A DNA stretch of 64,000 nt from Botryllus schlosseri (taxonomy: Eukaryota). The notes under the pieces were generated by a model. The model made no database searches. It was not told where the DNA came from and worked only from the letters and a program-made list of their open reading frames with translations. The stretch is from the NCBI GenBank assembly GCA_051294905.1, contig CM119380.1, positions 558,001 through 622,000 of the forward strand, given 5' to 3'. Of the stretch, positions 60,242 to 64,000 are shown in pieces. Positions within the stretch are counted from its first letter, which is position 1; the number at the start of each line of letters is the position of its first letter. The position numbers and the translations under genes were made by a program.

Positions 60242-61701
60242 AGGTAACAGAATTGGTTCTTAAAATTTACTTGTAAATACAAGATGTATGAAGTTTGTAT
60301 AGGAAAGTAGTGAAGTGTGATGTTATAATTGTGGTAAATCGTTAAGTAAATTTGTGATAGGTATCAGGCGTACAAAAATAATCCCGGCGACGCATGGTTT
60401 GTAATAGGTTTCAAGTGAAGTATTTTACGTAATGGGCGTAAACGGAAAAAACTGAAACCTCGTAACTAGAAATCTGCTGAGGTGTGAAATATCAAATCGA
60501 GAGAATTATAAAAGAAAAAAGTTGACGTGTAAAAATACTTAGTCATTAAAGTGATAACCATGAACGGGTAATGTTGGTGTATAGTTCACTAGTTCCGAAA
60601 TTTCATTGCCTCAGACAGATAGATATATCGACCTGCAAAATTCATTCTTGCGATTATGCCTGAAGCTTACTAAACGTGATGGAACAGATTTAGCGGATGA
60701 CGCGGAAATAGCATTTGTCAACAATATGTTAGATTCTCTTTTCAAAACTATCGGAAATGAAGTAATCACCAATTCAGACAATTGCCCGCATACTAATCGT
60801 ATATCTATCCACTGTTGAATGACACACCAGGCACGTCTAACAGTTTTGTTCGGGGTCAGGGCTTCCACAAAGACACCGCGAAATTTATGGATACTATAGG
60901 TGCTGAAAACACAGGGTATGTCACGCGAAAAGGTCTTACGAAAAGTCGTAAAGTATTGGAGTTGATTGGTAAAATTCGAATGGGGCTTTTCGAACAATCA
61001 AGATGCATGCTGGATAATGTCGACATGAAATTACGATTCACATGTAACGACGACGATTCACATGTAACGACGACAAATTCTGCCTTCTTGGAAACACTGA
61101 AGACGTGAAAATTATTATTACGGATATGGAACTTTATGTCAAACAAATGATAGTTGCAGAGAGTGTCAGCTTAGCTCACAAGTCGATAATACAGAAATCG
61201 AATGCTAAATACCCGTGGTCTCGTCTTCAAATTTCAACTCATACATTCGCCGGGGGGCTGATGAAGTTGGATCGCGAGTTAGTTAGCGGGAAAAATTGTA
61301 ATTGGTTTGGTTGAAACCATAACATTCAACGGTGTTAGAAACAAAAATCCGTTCAAATTTAGACATTATGACGTTCAGAATTTGTCATTCGCTGTTTGTG
61401 GCAATTACGAGGAAGAGAATTTCATTTCGATTATGATAAATCAGGGGATTTAGAAGGTTATATATGATGCTCTGTTCTGAGACAGGGATGTGGGAAGGTG
61501 AGGCACCTTTGAATATATCACCCACTGACTATATGAACCGTTATACTCTGTTCGTGTTTGATTTGACCCCAGACAATAGCTTAGGGTGTTACCAACTACG
61601 CGAAACTGGAACCGTACACCTGGTTTTGACAACTTCCAAACCACTACCAACGTCTGTCACATTGCTGTGCCTAAAAGAATATCAACACAGGTCGTAGAAA
61701 T

Positions 61702-62160
61702 ATGAACACGGATGAGAATAATAATATTATCTACGATCACTCTGATACGAAAAGTCTATTCATAGGGACTTACGCTGTGGATGAGCTACCGAAAAAAACA
61801 GTTAACCAGAAATTTGCTGTTGTCATCAATTACGACGATTCAACGTTACCAGGTTCTCATTGGGTGTGTGTATATAGCGAGTGTATATAGCGATAACTAT
61901 AATAATCATGTTCATGATTTCCCTTGGTTTCCCACCACTAAAACCCCAGATATACTCGAGTTTCTAGGCCCAGAGGACTTCAGCGTTACCAGGCAACAGC
62001 TTCAAAGTAAAAAATCTGATACGTGCGCTGATCATTCTATTTCATATTTGATTAAAAGGTCTGAAGGTTTTTCAACTGAACAGTATCTAAATTATTTTGG
62101 TGATAAAAACATGAGAATGATAAAATTGTTCGTGTATTTGTAAAGAGCTTGATTACGGGT
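61702..62160 (+). pseudogene. Adenain-like cysteine protease (Polinton PRO)
   Basis: MNT...FIGTYAVDELP...VINYDDSTLPGSHWVCVY, then QQLQSKKSDTCADH...LIKRSEG. Confidence 0.85.
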
Positions 62161-62799
62161 GACTAATAAACACATTAAATGAATACATCTGTGATTCGTG
62201 ATATACTTGACACAGTGAGTCAGTTTGGTACTGAGCGATTGCTTCTGGTATGTCCGACTGTCCGTAGCACTCGATACCATATTACGATAGGATCAGTTTA
62301 CTGCAGCGGCACAAAACATCCAACAAGCTGTTTTACAGGAAACAATTCGGGATGTAACCACTATAGTGAGAGGACAGGATGCCAGAGTCATCTGTCGCGC
62401 CGAATATGTAGGTTGCGCGCGCTCGAACATCTGTTTTCAAAATCCGATTTCGACGAAATGCACAACTCGCGTAGCACAGCACGCTTTTTCGAATTTCCGG
62501 TGTTAGTTTATTTATTATATTTCACGAAACGATATAGGCCGCTTTTAGAGCACCTCATAATGCGGCTTTTCTGACTTCCGGTGTGTTTAATTGTTTATCA
62601 TATTCCCACATCACCAGGTCTTACTTACACTACTAACGTGGAGTCGGAACCAGTATCACTCGGTAGCGCATGGCAACGAAAGCTCCTGTTAGAGGACCGC
62701 CTCCGCCCGAAGTTGATGCGATTTCCCAAAAAATCTACAGCACAATTCCAACACAGTTATTGCGAGCATGGATCAACACGGAGCAGACATCCGCCCAGC

Positions 62800-62960
62800 G
62801 AGCGAGATAGTGTAAGGGTTATGCGTCCGGTTTCTCGAGCGGTAGGTCGTGGGTTCGATCCCCGGCCGGGTCATACCAAAGACTCGAAAAATGGTATCCG
62901 CAGCTATCCTGCTAGGCGCTCAGCAATCACGGATAGCATGGAGGAGAAAAAAAACGGGGG
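62800..62960 (+). mobile_element. tRNA-derived SINE
   Basis: Box A-like AGATAGTGTAAGG (~62805), box B GGTTCGATCCC (62852-62862), then a body GGGTCATACCAAAGACT...AAAAATGGTA...GCTCAGCA. No tRNA acceptor stem. Confidence 0.75.
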
Positions 62961-63179
62961 CGCAGACTAGATGACCTCATGGGGCCGTATCGCAACTCCG
63001 TCGCCAAAGCATCTCGATGGAGCAGGCGAGAAAGAATATCATTTCTCTCTCTCAATACGTCAAGTCAGAAAAAACCTATACCTTGGATTCACCCCGAAAA
63101 TCAAAAACGGAATTTTATACATAATAAAAAAAGAAGCACGAAGCAAATTTGGTGGATATCATTAAAATTGAGAGGTAAT

Positions 63180-64000
63180 ATGCTAATAATATAAAAGGGA
63201 GCAAACTAGCAAAAAGAGCGTCATGGACCGAAGACAAAAATGCACCCCTAGTAGCTGTTGTGCAGTATAATGGCGAACCACGGGAGTGCATTGCTCACGG
63301 AAACAGCAGAGGAAAAAAAGCAAATCTATATTCGAACGAAACCCAACGTTATGGATGAAATGAAAGATAAATGCTCTTATATATGCCAACAAAAAGACTA
63401 CATCAATTTGCAAACGGAGACAACATACTTCACGAAACTACAACCAAATCCTCCAAACCCTATATAGAGTAAAACACAGACATGAGCAATCTAATTCTAA
63501 AATTCATCCGAAGGGAGGGTTTACCGACGAAATGCTGAATGTAATTAACACGGCACAGGCATCCAATTTCGTTCAGAAAACCCTGCATTCTCAGAACAAT
63601 CCTCCAAACATAATTCTGCTCACTAAAGAACAAATCTTAGATTTGAAAACAGGAAAGGGGGTTTTTGGCTTCGATAGAACATTCAACTTAGGAGACATCT
63701 ATGTGATTGTCGCAGTATTGAATCAGAGTTCCCCCAATTAATCGTTCGTACTGATGATGAAATAGCTCTTCATGCAGCTATCGAGAGCTCGTTCCCAAAT
63801 GCACACACATACTATGCGTGAAACATTCGAAGGACAATCTAATTGACAGGCTGAAAATCGCATTGGAGCCGACAAAGGTCGGCTGAAATAAGTTTCATTA
63901 AGCCCATTTGCATGGCCGTTTGGGTCAGCTTCGAAGCTGACTCGTCAATCCGACTCTCTCGTTTTTGAAAAAGAGAAAAAGGCAGACGGCTTCAATCCGT
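63180..64000 (+). pseudogene. Mutator/MULE transposase relic (runs off the window end)
   Basis: PNIILLTKEQILDLK...VFGFDRTFNLGDIYV, HAAIESSFPNA. Confidence 0.7.

Larger units (their letters stand above)
51315..60596. mobile_element. Unclassified 9,282-bp insertion with 8-bp TSD GAAATTTC
   Basis: GAAATTTC at 51307-51314 and 60597-60604. Removing the insert and one TSD copy restores the capsid reading frame. Termini GG...CC with 12/21 inverted identity. Confidence 0.85.
51181..61700 (+). pseudogene. Polinton major capsid protein gene, split by the 51315-60596 insertion
   Basis: MHADSLEC...SVPHTQTSID...VMEIS joins in frame to LPQTDRYIDL...FVNNMLDSLF..., GFHKDTAKFMD, LFEQSRCMLDNVD, KYPWSR, TLFVFDLTPD. 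Confidence 0.85.
48530..62574 (+). mobile_element. Polinton/Maverick (adintovirus-like) structural module, decayed
   Basis: Gene order: integrase C-terminus with chromodomain, small TM ORF, three minor-capsid-type genes, basic core-like protein, major capsid, adenain protease, unknown ORF. No PolB, ATPase or TIRs seen in the window. Confidence 0.85.

Noticed and set aside
51340-60560. LTRs at the ends of the 9.3-kb insertion
   Set aside because: Only short shared words (TCGAGAGAAT, TAAAAGAA, TTGACGTGTAA) near both ends; no TG..CA termini and no alignable repeat by eye.
62800-62880. Functional tRNA gene
   Set aside because: Box A/B are present but there is no cloverleaf or acceptor stem, and it continues into a SINE body.

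Overview
Eukaryotic DNA, most likely from an animal (marine-invertebrate-like; a more precise taxon cannot be called from sequence alone). It is almost entirely nested and decayed transposable elements. I found no convincing host gene, rRNA, tRNA or CRISPR array. Main blocks: (1) PIF/Harbinger and hAT elements and MITEs, many with exact TSDs. (2) A young non-autonomous BEL/Pao LTR element present as LTR-int-LTR-int-LTR (4539-13807, TSD ATATG); its middle LTR is a recombinant. (3) Relics of Merlin, ISL2EU (transposase + YqaJ), P-like THAP, MULE, R2-like and Penelope elements. (4) A multi-level hAT nest (35.6-41.8 kb). (5) A foldback-like element with an unassigned TIR/TSD signature that hosts a full-length Harbinger (42.5-47.0 kb). 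(6) A Polinton/Maverick (adintovirus-like) structural module (48.5-62.6 kb). Its major capsid gene is split by a 9,282-bp insertion flanked by an 8-bp TSD; the insertion has no LTRs or transposase I can recognise, but carries a Gypsy-like RT relic and several decayed membrane-protein ORFs. This insertion is the best candidate for an undescribed element type. All family assignments come from motif recognition by eye; no searches or alignments were run.
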